Assembly: GCA_964187785.1 (NCBI GenBank)
Contig: OZ076409.1
Location: forward strand, 84,818,001 to 84,882,000
DNA length: 64,000 nucleotides
Reading direction: 5' to 3'
From: Amphiscolops sp. MND2022
Lineage: Eukaryota
Part shown: piece by piece, positions 46,708 through 60,400 of the stretch
Layout: every line of letters starts with the position of its first letter
Numbering within the stretch: position 1 is the first letter of the stretch
Program-made: the position numbers and the translations under genes
Notes under the pieces: model-generated
What the model was told of the DNA's origin: nothing
Databases searched by the model: none
The model's input: the letters and a program-made list of their open reading frames with translations, nothing else

Positions 46708-48424
46708 GTCGGAAAACTTCAAAAAAATTGAAGGGGAGACCCTTTGGGGGAATTTTGTTTCGAAAAAAAAGTCTCACAGCGCTGAAAATACTCTAAGTAC
46801 CCTTTGGTCCCTTTGAGTTTCTTAGATGATGTAAAAATACTACTTCGCAAGCTTTTGCGCCAGTATTTTAAATTTGCTAAGTAAGAATTGTTAGATTTTA
46901 AGATTGTAAGAATTGTAAGAAAAGTGGACCTTTCAGTGTGAGGATTGTAGTCTGAAGAAAAAAAAGGTCACTGCTATAGTCGGGCATTTTTCCTTAAAAG
47001 GATAAAGCGCCGACTAAAAAATCGGAAGTATCGATACTTCAGCATGAAACAATGATCGATTAGCTGTTAAAATGCAAAATGATTTTCAAGAGGCCTAGAA
47101 ATAGGCATAGAAGAAAGCATCGATGAAAAATATTGACTCAATTTGGTATTAAACGCATCTGAAAGCCGAAAAGGCATGGCGAAGGCGAAAGTGTCTAAAA
47201 CTATGATTTCTATCAATTGCGTGCATTGCTTCCAGGAACTTTATTCCGAAAAAGTTCCTGTGCAAAATTTTCCAGCAACACAACAATCTCGCTCATAGAG
47301 CCACTTTAGCAAAAAGTTGGGTGTTGGATCTCCAGACCTCAGTTATCTCCTGGAGTTCGTTGAAACAAAAAGTCTCCAAAACTAACCCGAGTACTGTTTG
47401 GTGAGCTTTCTCGGAAAAAAGTCCAAATGATTTCATAAACACTCTTTTAGTGTATTCACTGAAGACTGAATGCGCCATTACGCTGGAATGGAAAGTCACC
47501 AAAAATTCAAGTCTGATGTAAAGGATAACTTCTTGTTTCTGTCGGCTGTTGTATATCAAATCTATAAAGTTCCTGTCGTTTCGACATTTTTTTTTCCTGA
47601 TTAGGGGTCACATTCTTTAATCACATGACTGTATATGCTTTTATACTGTTTAAAACAAAGGTGTCTAAATACCACTTTCCTTCTAATCAAGGATTTAATG
47701 AAAAATGATTTTCTTGAGTAATTTATTCAATAGTTATCTTGGTTGACCGTGAACTGATATACATTACATCCGGTAGCTTGTGTGCGTGACAGATAAAAAA
47801 CGTCACGCTTGTCATATTTTGTAGAAATGTTGAACAAATTGATCCCCACAAGTAGTAGGCGGTTGTATGAGTTTCTACCACGCAATTAAAATTTAACAAA
47901 ATTTTTCAAAAGTATTTCATTGGATAAAAAAGTAGTTTCTGAGATTTCTCGGGGCGCTAGGAGTTGAAGAATCGTATGTTGTTGTTGTCTATAGATAAAA
48001 CTCGCAACATCATCCCGGATAAAAAAAACAAAAGCTCTTTTATGTCCCGCCACTATCAATATTTTTCGAGGGAAAATTGAACAAATTTTTCAAGCTGACC
48101 GAATTAAGAGTGAGATTGTTTTCCAAAACAGGATTTTAACTTCTCTCAATAAGTTTTCGTTTGAACAAAACAGGAAACTGTTAATTTACTGATCAAAAAT
48201 GAGTTACTTCATAAAGAACAAGCCGGGAACGATCCAAGTCGGCGCCTTATCAAAGGCTCAAAAATAGCAAAAGGATTTCAAAGAGTCAGGTATTCTTTTC
48301 TACAGTACCCAAAAAGCTCGAAAGTTGGACCGAATTGGCGCGCCTTTCCGGATTTTTCAACACACATTCTGTTGCAGAAAATCTTTAAAAAAAGGAGGTC
48401 CCTTCGAAGGCATTAATTTTTTTT

Positions 48425-51400
48425 AGAAAAAGTCTCACAAAGCCGAAACAAGTCCCAAAAGTGTACACGGACACGTTGTTTTAGTATCACTTGTTGAATA
48501 GAGCTTTTTCAAAAATCCAAAGAAAAAATATAGTGCTGAAAACCTGCCCCTAAAGCTTTACAATGGACGCGAATTATGTGAAAGTTTTGAGAAAAAACAA
48601 TAACGATATACGAGAAAAGAAAACGCTATGTTCGAACTTTGAAAACGTTTTATCCGAGCTTTGAAAACATTTAATCCGAATTTATAAACGTGCTAGATGT
48701 TATGCATGTTCTGAGTTGTCTGCAAAAATTGTTAAGAACAAAATTGATAGCAATTGATGAAACCTGTCATCTAAAAAAAAACAAGAAACGTTATTTCCGG
48801 TATACTTTATATCCGAAATTCGATGTGTCCGGTTTGAGTTGTTAGAACTTTCTACTGCTCAAACGTAGTATATAGTCTGCCAAAAGCTACATTGCCAGAA
48901 TTGAAGAAAAGCAGTTGAACAGTTCAGGTGTATCGAAAAAAAACTCTAACAAAAGGCGACGACTATAGTCGACTCTTTTCTTAAGAAAAGCGCCGACTAA
49001 AAACAGCGTGATCAAAGTCTGTCTCTGAATTCTAAACTGTCGTACTGAGTTGTGAAAAAGAGCCAAGTTTCTCTATTTATTGACTTTTATGCATTTTTGG
49101 AGTTTCTGAATTTTTCGTGGAAATGAAAATCTACAGAGTTCAACGACAAGTTATTTAGATATTAGCTCGTTTTTCTAGAAGGCAATCTGAAGTTGGTTGA
49201 AGCAATCCCGAAAAGCCCCAATACCGCAGAAATATTAAATTTGAAGCGTTATTGGTATTTTCCCTGAAGAAAGGTCGAATTAAACATTAAAAAAAAACTG
49301 AAAAACGTTGAGCCAAAACACCTTTGAGAATTCTTGTGAAGGCTTGACTAGAAATTGTTTTATACTAGTTGTATTTTTGAGTTTGCCGTTTTATTCTGAC
49401 GTCTTGGAAATTAACGGATTAAGTTATCATGTTTTTCAAATTAATTTGTTTTCAAAAAAGTCTCAAAAAGCCGAAACTTGCCCCAAAAGTGTACTCGGAG
49501 ACGTAGTTTTAGGATCACTTGTTGAATAAAGATTTTTCAAAATTTCAAACAAACATAGTGCTGAAAACTTGACTTTAAAGTTCTACAATGGACGCGAGTT
49601 ATGTGAAAGTTTTGAGAAAAACACGATAACGTTATACGAGAAATGAATACGTTATGTCCGAACTTTGAAAACGTTGCATCCGTGCTTTGGAAACGTTTAA
49701 TCCGAGTTTATAAACGTGTTAGATGTTATGCTTGTTCTAAGTTGTCTGCAAAAATTGTTTTCATGAACAAAATTGATAGAAACTGATAAAACCTGTCGTC
49801 TAAAAAAAAACAAGAAACGTTATATCCGGTATACTTTATATCCGAATTTCGCTGTACCCGGTTTGAGTTGTTAGAACGTTTTACTGCTCAAATGTAGTAT
49901 GTAGTTTGACAAAAGGAACATTGCCAAAAGTGAAGAAAAGTTGAACAGTTCAGGTGTATCGAAAAAAACTCTGACAAAAGGCAATGACTATAGTCGACGC
50001 TTTTCGTGAGAAAAGTGCCGACCAAAAACAGCGTGATCAAAGTCTGTCTCTGAATTCTAAGCTGTCGTCCTGAGTTGTGAAAAAGAGCCAAGTTTTTTTA
50101 TTATTTGACTTTCATCCTTTTTTTGGAGTTTCTGAATTTTTCGTGGAAATGAAAATCCACAGAGTTCAACGACAAGTTATTTAGATATTAGCTCGTTTTT
50201 CTAGAAGGCAATCTGAAGTTGGTTGAAGCAATCCCGAAAAGCCCCAATACCGCAGAAATATTAAATTTGAAGCGTTGTTGGTATTTTCCTTAGAAAAAGG
50301 CCGAATTAAACATTTTAAAAACGGAAAAACGTTGATCCAAAACATGTTCGAGACTTCTGGTGAAAACTTGACTAGAAATTGTTTTATACTAATTGTATTT
50401 TTGAGTTTGTTGTTTTATTCTGACGTCTTGGGAACTAACGGATCAAGTTATCATGTTTTTCAAATTATTTTGTTTTCAAAAAAGTCTCACAAAGCCGAAA
50501 CAAGGCCCAAAAATGTACCCGGGGACGTTGTTTTAGTATCACTTGTTGAATAAAGATTTTTCAAAATTTCAAACAAACATAGTGCTGAAAACCTGACTTT
50601 AAAGCTCTACAATGGACGCGAGTTATGTGAAAGTTTTGAGAAAAACACGATAACGTTATACGAGAAATGAATACGTTATGTCCGAATTGAGTCCAATAAA
50701 AATTATAGTGCTGAAAACCTGACCCTAAAGCTTTACAATGGACGCAAATTTTGAAAATTTTGAGAAAAAAACAATAACGTTATACGAGAAATGAAAACCT
50801 TAAGTCAGAACTTTGAAAACGTTTCATCTGAGCTTTGAAAACGTCTTATCCGAAGTAAAAAACGTATTAGATGTTATGCATGTTCTAAGTTGTCTGCAGA
50901 AATTGTCTTGAACAAAATTGATAGAAATTGATAAAACCTGTCATTTTAAAAAAAACAAGAAACGTTATTTCCGATATACTTATATCCGAATTTCGTTACA
51001 TCCGGTTTGAGTTAAATCGGGCATGGTTTTGTGTCGTTATATCCGGTATACGTTATATCGGGTCTTCGTTATATCCGGTTTGAGTTGAACCCAGTATGCG
51101 AAAAAAAACAGAGGGGGCCTAAAATATCTTTAAATTGCATCAGTGAAGTTTTAATGCATGGACGTTTCCCTCAGGATTTCAAAAAAAAGTTAGCTTGGTA
51201 GCCTAAAAAAACTGTACAAAAATCAAGAAGTTCGAACCAGGGCGGTATACGTTATTTCGGGAATTCGTTAAGTCCTGTTTGCGCAATATCCGGCATGGGT
51301 TATGTTCTTGTCGCAGGCAACTTGTTAGCACTTTTTATTGCTCAAATGTAGTATGTAGTTTGCCAAAAGGAACATTGCCAAAATGGAAGAAATGTTGAAC

Positions 51401-54400
51401 AGTTCAGTTGTATCGGAAAAAAACTCTAACAAAAGGCGATGACTATAGTTGACTCTTTTCTTGAGAAAAGCGCTGACTAAAAACAGCGTGATCAAAATCT
51501 GTTTCGTCCTGAGTTGAGGTTTCTGATTTTGTTCAACAACAGCAATGTGAAAAACATACTCGAAACGTCAGAACTTTCGGCACGTTGAATTTTTGTATTA
51601 CAACAAATCACCCCTTCAATTTTGCAACAGAATGGATATTAAAAACCCCCAAAGGGCCCGTTTGGCTCTTTTCTGTATACCCCCCAACACCATATTTTTA
51701 AAAGAAAACTTTCTTTAAAAATTTCAGACTAATTCGGCTAATTGAAAGTGAACCCTTTTTCCATAACAGGAAGTTAACGTCTATTGGAATAGTTTTTTTT
51801 CTTTGAACAAACCTTTTGTCACACATTTCAACTATAATTTTGACTGTATTCACTGTGTTTTGTGACATAAAACAGGAAGTCGTTAATTTTCTAATAAAAA
51901 ATGTGTAACTTCTGTCACAGTCCGCGTCCGGACTGATTTAGATGGAAAACAAAATAAAATAAAATCTCTATAATCCATTCCAAATTACTCGTCAGCACTA
52001 CGTCACTAGCGTGGCAGCCAGCTAGAACTTCATTCCAAATATACGCCAACGCTACGTCACCGCCTTGGCAGCTAGCTAGGAAATCATTCTAAATACTCGT
52101 CAGCATTTCGTCAAACTAGTCACGCCGCCAAGTTTGCCAAGTTTGCCAATAAAACGTGTCAAGACTACGTCGCAAAATAACTAACTCGGACGGATTTTGA
52201 ATTTACGAATTCAGCGTTGCGTCAGCAGGAATTGCTAGCCAGAACTGAATTAGAATTTACGTCAACACTACGTCGCAAAGTCAACAATTAAGACAGATTT
52301 TGAATCTACGTCAACGCTACGTCAACTAATGTACAAGAAGTTAAAAAAACACATTTCACCGAAGTAAAAAACGTGTTAGATGTTATGCATGTTCTAAGTT
52401 GTCTGCAAAACTTGTCATGAACAAAATTGATAGAAATTGATAAAACCTGTCAATTTAAAAAAAAAACAAGAAACGTTATTTACGGTATACCTTATATCCG
52501 AAATCCGTTATACCCGGTTTGAGATAAATTGGGCATGGTTTTGTGTCGTTATATCCGGTATACGTTATATCGGGTCTTCGTTAAATACCGTTTGAGTTGA
52601 ACCCAGTTTGCGAAAAAAAACTGAAGGGGGCCTAAAATATCTTTAAATTGCATCAGTGAAGTTTTGATGCATGGACGTTCCCTTCAGGATTTCATAAAAT
52701 CATGAAAACTTAGCTTGGCAGCCTAAAAAACTGTACCAAATCAAGAAGTGCGAACCAGGGCGGTATACGTTATATCGAGAATTCGTTAAATCCTGTTTGC
52801 GGCATATCCGGTATGGGTTGTGTTTTTGTCGCAGGCGACTTGTTAGCACTTTTTACTGCTCAAATGTAGAATGTAGTTTGCCAAAAGGAACATTGCCAAA
52901 ATTGAAGAAATGTTGAACAGTTCAGCTGTATCGGGAAAAAACTCTGACAAAAGGCGATGACTATAGTCGATTCTTTTCTTAAGAAAAGCGCCGACTAAAA
53001 ACAGCGTGATCAAAGTCTGTCTCTGAATTCTAAACTGTCGTACTGAGTTGTGAAAAAGAACCAAGTTTTTCTAATATTTGACTTTTATGCATTTTATGGA
53101 GTTTCTGATTTTTCGTGGAAATGAAAATCTACAAAATTTAACGACAAGACATTTAGATTTCAGAACGCTTTCTTAGGAGGCAATCTGAAGTTGGTTTGAA
53201 AAAATCCCGAAATGCCCCAATAACGCAAAAAAAAATCTTTTTGAAGCCTTTTGGTATTTTCCTTAGAAAAAAGCCGAATTAAACATTTAAAAACTGAAAA
53301 ACGTTGAACCAAAACATGTTCGAGACTTCTTGTGAAGGCTTAACTAGAAATCGTTCTATACTAAATGTATCGTTGAGTTTGCCTTTTTATTGTGACGTAT
53401 TGGGAATTAACGGATTAGGAGTATCATGTTTTTCAAATTATTTTGATTTCGAAAAAGTCTCACAAAGCCGAAACAAGGCCCAAAAATAAATGTACCCAGG
53501 GACGTTGTTTTAGTATCACTTGTTGAATAAAGATTTTTCATGGGTCCGATAAAAGTTACAGTGCTGAAAACCTGACCCTAAAGATTTACAATGGACGCAA
53601 ATTTTGTGAAGTTTTGAGAAAAAAAACGATAACGTTATACGAGAAATGAAAACCTCAAGTCGGAACTTTGAAAACGTTTCATCTGAGCTTTGAAAACGTT
53701 ATATCCGAAGTAAAAAACGTGTCAGATGTTTTGCATGTTCTAAGTTGTCTGCAAAAATTGTCATGAACAAAATTGATAGAAATTGATAAAACCTGTCAAT
53801 TTTAAAAAAAAAACAAGAAACATCATTTCCGGTATACCTTATATCCGAAATCCGTTATACCCGGTTTGAGATAAATCGGGCATGGTTTTGTGTCGTTATA
53901 TCCGGTATACGTTATATCGGGTCTTCGTTATATACGGTTTGAGTTGAACCCAGTTTGCGATAAAAACTGAAGGGTCCTAAAATATCTTTAAATTGCATCA
54001 GTGAAGTGTTAATGCATGGAAGTTTCCTTCAGGATATCATGAAATCATGAAAACTTAGCTTGGTAGCCTAAAACAAATTGTATCAAAATCAAGAAGTTCG
54101 AACCAGGGCGGCATACGTTATATCCTGTTTGCGGCATATCCGGCATGGGTTGTGTTTTTGTCGCAGTCGACTTGTTAGCACTTTTTACTGCTCAAATGTA
54201 GTATGAGGTTTGCCAAAAGGAACATTGCCAAAATGGAAGAAATGTTGAACAGTTCAGCTGTATCGGAAAAAAAATCTAACAAAAGGCGATGACTATAGTC
54301 GAATCTTTTCTTAAGAAAAGCGCCGATTAAAAACAGCGTGATCAAAGTCTGTCTCTGAATTCTAAATTGTCGTACTGAGTTGTAAAAAAGAGCCAAGTTT

Positions 54401-57400
54401 TTCTAGTTTTTGACTTTTATGCATTTTGTGGAATTTCTGAATTTTTCTTGGAAATGAAAATCTACAAAATTCAACGACAAGACATTTTGATTTCAGCACG
54501 CTGTCTTAGAAGACAATCTGAAGTTGGTTTGAAAAAATCCCGAAATGCCCCAATAACGCAAAAAAAAATATTTTTGAAGCCTTTTGGTATTTTCCTTAGA
54601 AAAAAGCCGAGTTAAACATCTTAAAAACGGAAAAACGTTGAACCAAAACATGTTTGAGACTTCTTGTGAAGGCTTGACTAGAAATTGTTCTATGCTTGTT
54701 AAATCCTTGAGTTTGCCGTTTTTTCTGACGTCTTGAGAATTAACGGATTAGGTTATCATGTTTTTCAAATTATTTTGATTTCGAAAAAGTCTCACAAAGC
54801 CAAAACAAGGCCCAAAAATGTACCCGGGGACGTTGTTTTAGTATCACTTGTTGAATAAAGATTTTTCATGAGTCCAATAAAAATTATAGTGCTGAAAACC
54901 TGACCCCAAAGCTTTACAATGGACGCAAATTTTTGAGAAAAAAACAATAACGTTATACGAGAAATGAAAACCTTAAGTCGGAACTTTGAAAACGTTGTTT
55001 CCGAAGTAAAAATTGTGTTAGATGTTATGCATGTTCTAAGTTGTCTGCAAAAATTGTCATGAACAAAATTGATAGAAATTGATAAAACCTGTCAATTTAA
55101 AAAAACAAGAAACGTTTTTTCCGGTATACCCTATATCCGAAAATCGTTATATCCGGTTTGAATTAAATCGGGCATGGTTTTGTGTCGTTATATCCGGTAT
55201 ACGTTGTATCGGGTCTTCGTTATATCCGAATTGAGTTGAACCCAGTTTGCGAAAAAAAACTGAAGGGGGTCTAAAATATCTTTATATTGCATCAGTGAAA
55301 TTTTAATGCACGGACGTTTCCTTCAGGATTTCATAACATCATGAAAACTTAGCTTGGTAGCCTAAAACAAACTGTATCAAAATCAAGTAGTTCGAACCAG
55401 GGCGGCATACGTTATATCGGGAATTCGTTATATCCTGTTTGCGGCATATCCGGCATGGGTTGTGTTTTTGTCGCAGTCGACTTGTTAGCACTTTTTACTG
55501 CTCAAATGTAGTATGAGGTTTGCCAAAAAAACATTGCCAAAATGGAAGAAATGTTGAACAGTTCAGTTGTATCGGAAAAAAACTCTAACAAAAGGCGATG
55601 ACTATAGTCGACTCCTTTCTTAAGAAAAGCGCCGATTAAAAACAGCGTGATCAAAGTCTGTCTCTGAATTCTAAACTGTCGTACTGAGTTGTAAAAAAGA
55701 GCCAAGTTTTTCTAGTTTTTGACTTTTATGCATTTTGTGGAATTTCTGAATTTTTCTTGGAAATGAAAATCTACAAAATTCAACGACAAGACATTTTGAT
55801 TTCAGCACGCTGTCTTAGAAGGCAATCTGAAGTTGGTTTGAAAAAATCACGAAACGCCCCAATAACGCAAAAAAAAATGTTTTTGAAGCCTTTTGGTATT
55901 TTTTTAGAAAAAAAGCCGAATTAAACATTTAAAAAACGGAAAAACGTTGAACCAAAACATGTTCGAGACTTCTTGTGAAGGCTTGACTAGAAATTGTTCT
56001 ATACTAACTAAATCCTTGAGATTGCCGTTTTTTTCTGACGTCTTGAGAATTAACGGATTAGGTTATCATGTTTTTCAAATTATTTTGATTTCGAAATAGT
56101 CTCACAAAGCCAAAACAAGGCCCAAAAATGTACCCGGGGACTTTGTTTTAGTATCACTTGTTGAATAAAGATTTTTCATGAGTGCAATAAAAATTATAGA
56201 GCTGAAAACCTGACCCCAACGCCTTACAATGGACGCAATTTTTGTGAAGTTTCGAGAAAAAACAATAACGTTATACGAGAAATGAAAACCTTAAGTCGGA
56301 ACTTTGAAAACGTTGTTTCCGAAGTAAAAATTGTGTTAGATGTTATGCATGTTCTAATTTGTCTGCAAAAATTGTCATGGACAAAATTGATAGAAATTGA
56401 TAAAACCTGTCAATTTAAAAAAACAAGAAACGTTTTTTCCGGTATACCCTATATCCAAAAATCGTTATATCCGGTTTGAATTAAATCGGGCATGGTTTTG
56501 TGTCGTTATATCCGGTATACGTTGTATCGGGTCTTCGTTATATCCGAATTGAGTTGAACCCAGTTTGCGAAAAAAAACTGAAGGGGGTCTAAAATATCTT
56601 TATATTGGATCAGTGAAATTTTAATGCACGGACGTTTCCTTCAGGATTTCATAACATCATGAAAACTTAGCTTGGTAGCCTAAAACAAACTGTATCAAAA
56701 TCAAGTAGTTCGAACCAGGGCGGCATACGTTATATCAGGAATTCGTTATATCCTGTTTGCGGCATATCCGGCATGGGTTGTGTTTTTGTCGCAGTCGACT
56801 TGTTAGCACTTTTTACTGCTCAAATGTAGTATGAGGTTTGCCAAAAAGAACATTGCCAAAATGGAAGAAATGTTGAACAGTTCAGTTGTATCGGAAAAAA
56901 ACTCTAACAAAAGGCGATGACTATAGTCGACTCCTTTCTTAAGAAAAGCGCCGATTAAAAACAGCGTGATCAAAGTCTGTCTCTGAATTCTAAACTGTCG
57001 TACTGAGTTGTAAAAAAGAGCCAAGTTTTTCTAGTTTTTGACTTTTATGCATTTTGTGGAATTTCTGAATTTTTCTTGGAAATGAAAATCTACAAAATTC
57101 AACGACAAGACATTTTGATTTCAGCACGCTGTCTTAGAAGGCAATCTGAAGTTGGTTTGAAAAAATCCCGAAATGCCCCAATAACGCAAAAAAAAATGTT
57201 TTTGAAGCCTTTTGGTATTTTTTTTAGAAAAAAAGCCGAATTAAACATTTAAAAAACGGAAAAACGTTGAACCAAAACATGTTCGAGACTTCTTGTGAAG
57301 GCTTGACTAGAAATTGTTCTATACTAACTAAATCCTTGAGTTTGCCGTTTTTTTCTGACGTCTTGAGAATTAACGGATTAGGTTATCATGTTTTTCAAAT

Positions 57401-60400
57401 TATTTTGATTTCGAAATAGTCTCACAAAGCCAAAACAAGGCCCAAAAATGTACCCGGGGACTTTGTTTTAGTATCACTTGTTGAATAAAGATTTTTCATG
57501 AGTGCAATAAAAATTATAGAGCTGAAAACCTGACCCCAACGCCTTACAATGGACGCAATTTTTGTGAAGTTTCGAGAAAAAACAATAACGTTATACGAGA
57601 AATGAAAACCTGAAGTCGGAACTTTGAAAACGTTTCATCTGAGCTTGGAAAACGTTGTTTCCGAAGTAAAAAACGTGTTAGATGTTATGCATGTTCTAAG
57701 TTGTCTGCAAAAAGTGTCATGAACAAATTGATAGAAATTGATAAAACATGTCAATTTAAAAAAAAACGTTTTTTCCGGTATACCTTATATCCGAAAATCG
57801 TTAAATCCGGTTTGAGTTAAATCGGGCATGGTTTTGTGTCGTTATATCCGGTATACGTTGTATCGGGTCTTCGTTATATCCGGTTTGAGTTGAACCCAGT
57901 TTGCGAAAAAAAACAAAAGGGGGCCTAAAACATCTTAATATTGCATCAGTGAAGTTTTAATGCACGGACGTTTCCTTCAGGATTTCATAAAATCATGAAA
58001 ACTTAGCTTGGTAGCCTAAAACAAACTGTATCAAAATCAGGAAGTTCGAACCAGGGTGGCATACGTTATATCGGGAATTCGTTATATCCTGTTTGCGGCA
58101 TATCCGGCTTGGGTTGTGTTTTTGTCGCAGTCGACTTGTTAGCATTTTTTACTGCTCAAATGTAGTATGAGGTTTGCCAAATGGAACATTGCCAAAATGG
58201 AAGAAATGTTGAACAGTTCAGCTGTATCGGAAAAAAAAACTCTAACAAAAGGCGATGACTATAGTCGACTCTTTTCTTAAGAAAAGCGCCGATTAAAAAC
58301 AGCGTGATCAAAGTCTGTCTCTGAATTCTAAACTGTCGTACTGAGTTGTGAAAAAGAGCCAAGTTTTTCTATTCTTTGACTTTTAAGCATTTTATGGAAT
58401 TTCTGAATTTTTCGTGGAAATGAAAATCTACAAAATTCAACGACAAGACATTTTGATTTCATCACGCTTTCTTAGAAGGCAATCTGAAGTTGGTTTGAAA
58501 AAATCCCGAAATGCCCCAATAACGCAAAAAAATATTTTTGAAGCCTTTTGGTATGTTCCTTAGAAAAAAAGCCGAATTAAACATTTAAAAAACGGAAAAA
58601 CGTTGAACCATAATCATGTTCGAGACTTCTTGTGAGGGCTTGACTAGAAATTGTTCTATACTAACTAAATCCTTGAGTTTGCCGTTTTTTCTGACGTCTT
58701 GAGAATTAACGGATTAGGTTATCATGTTTTTCAAATTATTTTGATTTCGAAAAAGTCTCACAAAGCCAAAACAAGGCCCAAAAATGTACCCGGGGACGTT
58801 GTTTTAGTATCACTTGTTGAATAAAGATTTTTCATGAGTGCAATAAAAATTATAGAGCTGAGAACCTGACCCCAAAGCCTTACAATGGACGCAAATTTTG
58901 TGAAGTTTTGAGAAAAAAACAATAACGTTATACGAGAAATGAAATCCTGAAGTCGGAACTTTGAAAACGTTGTTTCCGAAGTAAAAATTGTGTTAGATGT
59001 TATGCATGTTCTAAGTTGTCTGCAAAAATTGTCATGAACAAAATTGATAGAAATTGATAAAACCTGTCAATTTAAAAAAACAAGAAACGTTTTTTCCGGT
59101 ATACCTTATATCCGAAAATCGTTATATCCGGTTTGAGTTAAATCGGGCATGGTTTTGTGTCGTTATATCCGGTATACGTTGTATCGGGTCTTCGTTATAT
59201 CCGAATTGAGTTGAACCCAGTTTGCGAAAAAAACTGAAGGGGGTCTAAAATATCTTTATATTGCATCAGTGAAATTTTAATGCACGGACGTTTCCTTCAG
59301 GATTTCATAAAATCATGAAAACTTAGCTTGGTAGCCTAAAACAAACTGTATCAAAATCAAGTAGTTCGAACCAGGGCGGCATACGTTATATCGGGAATTC
59401 GTTATATCCTGTTTGCGGCATATCCGGCATGGGTTGTGTTTTTGTCGCAGTCGACTTGTTAGCACTTTTTACTGCTCAAATGTAGTATGAGGTTTGCCAA
59501 AAGGAACATTGCCAAAATGGAAGAAATGTTGAACAGTTCAGCTGTATCGGAAAAAAACTCTAACAAAAGGCGATGACTATAGTCGACTCTTTTCTTAAGA
59601 AACGCGCCGATTCAAAACAGCGTGATCAAAGTCTGTCTCTGAATTCTAAACTGTCGTACTGAGTTGTAAAAAAGAGCCAAGTTTTTCTAGTCTTTGACTT
59701 TTATGCATTTTGTGGAATTTCTGAATTTTTCTTGGAAATGAAAATCTACAAAATTCAACGACAAGACATTTTGATTTCAGCACGCTTTCTTAGAAGGCAA
59801 TCTGAAGTTGGTTTGAAAAAATCCCGAAATGCCCCAATAACGCAAAAAAATGTTTTTGAAGCCTTTTGGTATTTTCCTTAGAAAAAAAGCCGAATTAAAC
59901 ATTTAAAAACGGAAAAACGTTGAACCAAACCATGTTCAAGACTTCTTGTGAAGGCTTGACTAGAAATTGTTCTATACTAACTAAATCCTTGAGTTTGCCG
60001 TTTTTTTCTGACGTCTTGAGAAATAACGGATTAGGTTATCATGTTTTTCAAAATATTTTGATTTCGAAAAAGTCTCACAAAGCCAAAACAAGGCCCAAAA
60101 ATGTACCCGGGGACGTTGTTTTAGTATCACTTGTTGAATAAAGATTTTTCATGAGTGCAATAAAAATTATAGAGCTGAAAACCTGACCCCAAAGCTTTAC
60201 AATGGACGCAAATTTTGTGAAGTTTTGAGAAAAAAACAATAACGTTATACGAGAAATGAAAACCTTAAGTCGGAACTTTGAAAACGTTGTGCCCGAAGTA
60301 AAAATTGTGTTAGATGTTATGCATGTTCTAATTTGTCTGCAAAAATTGTCATGGACAAAATTGATAGAAATTGATAAAACCTGTCAATTTAAAAAAACAA

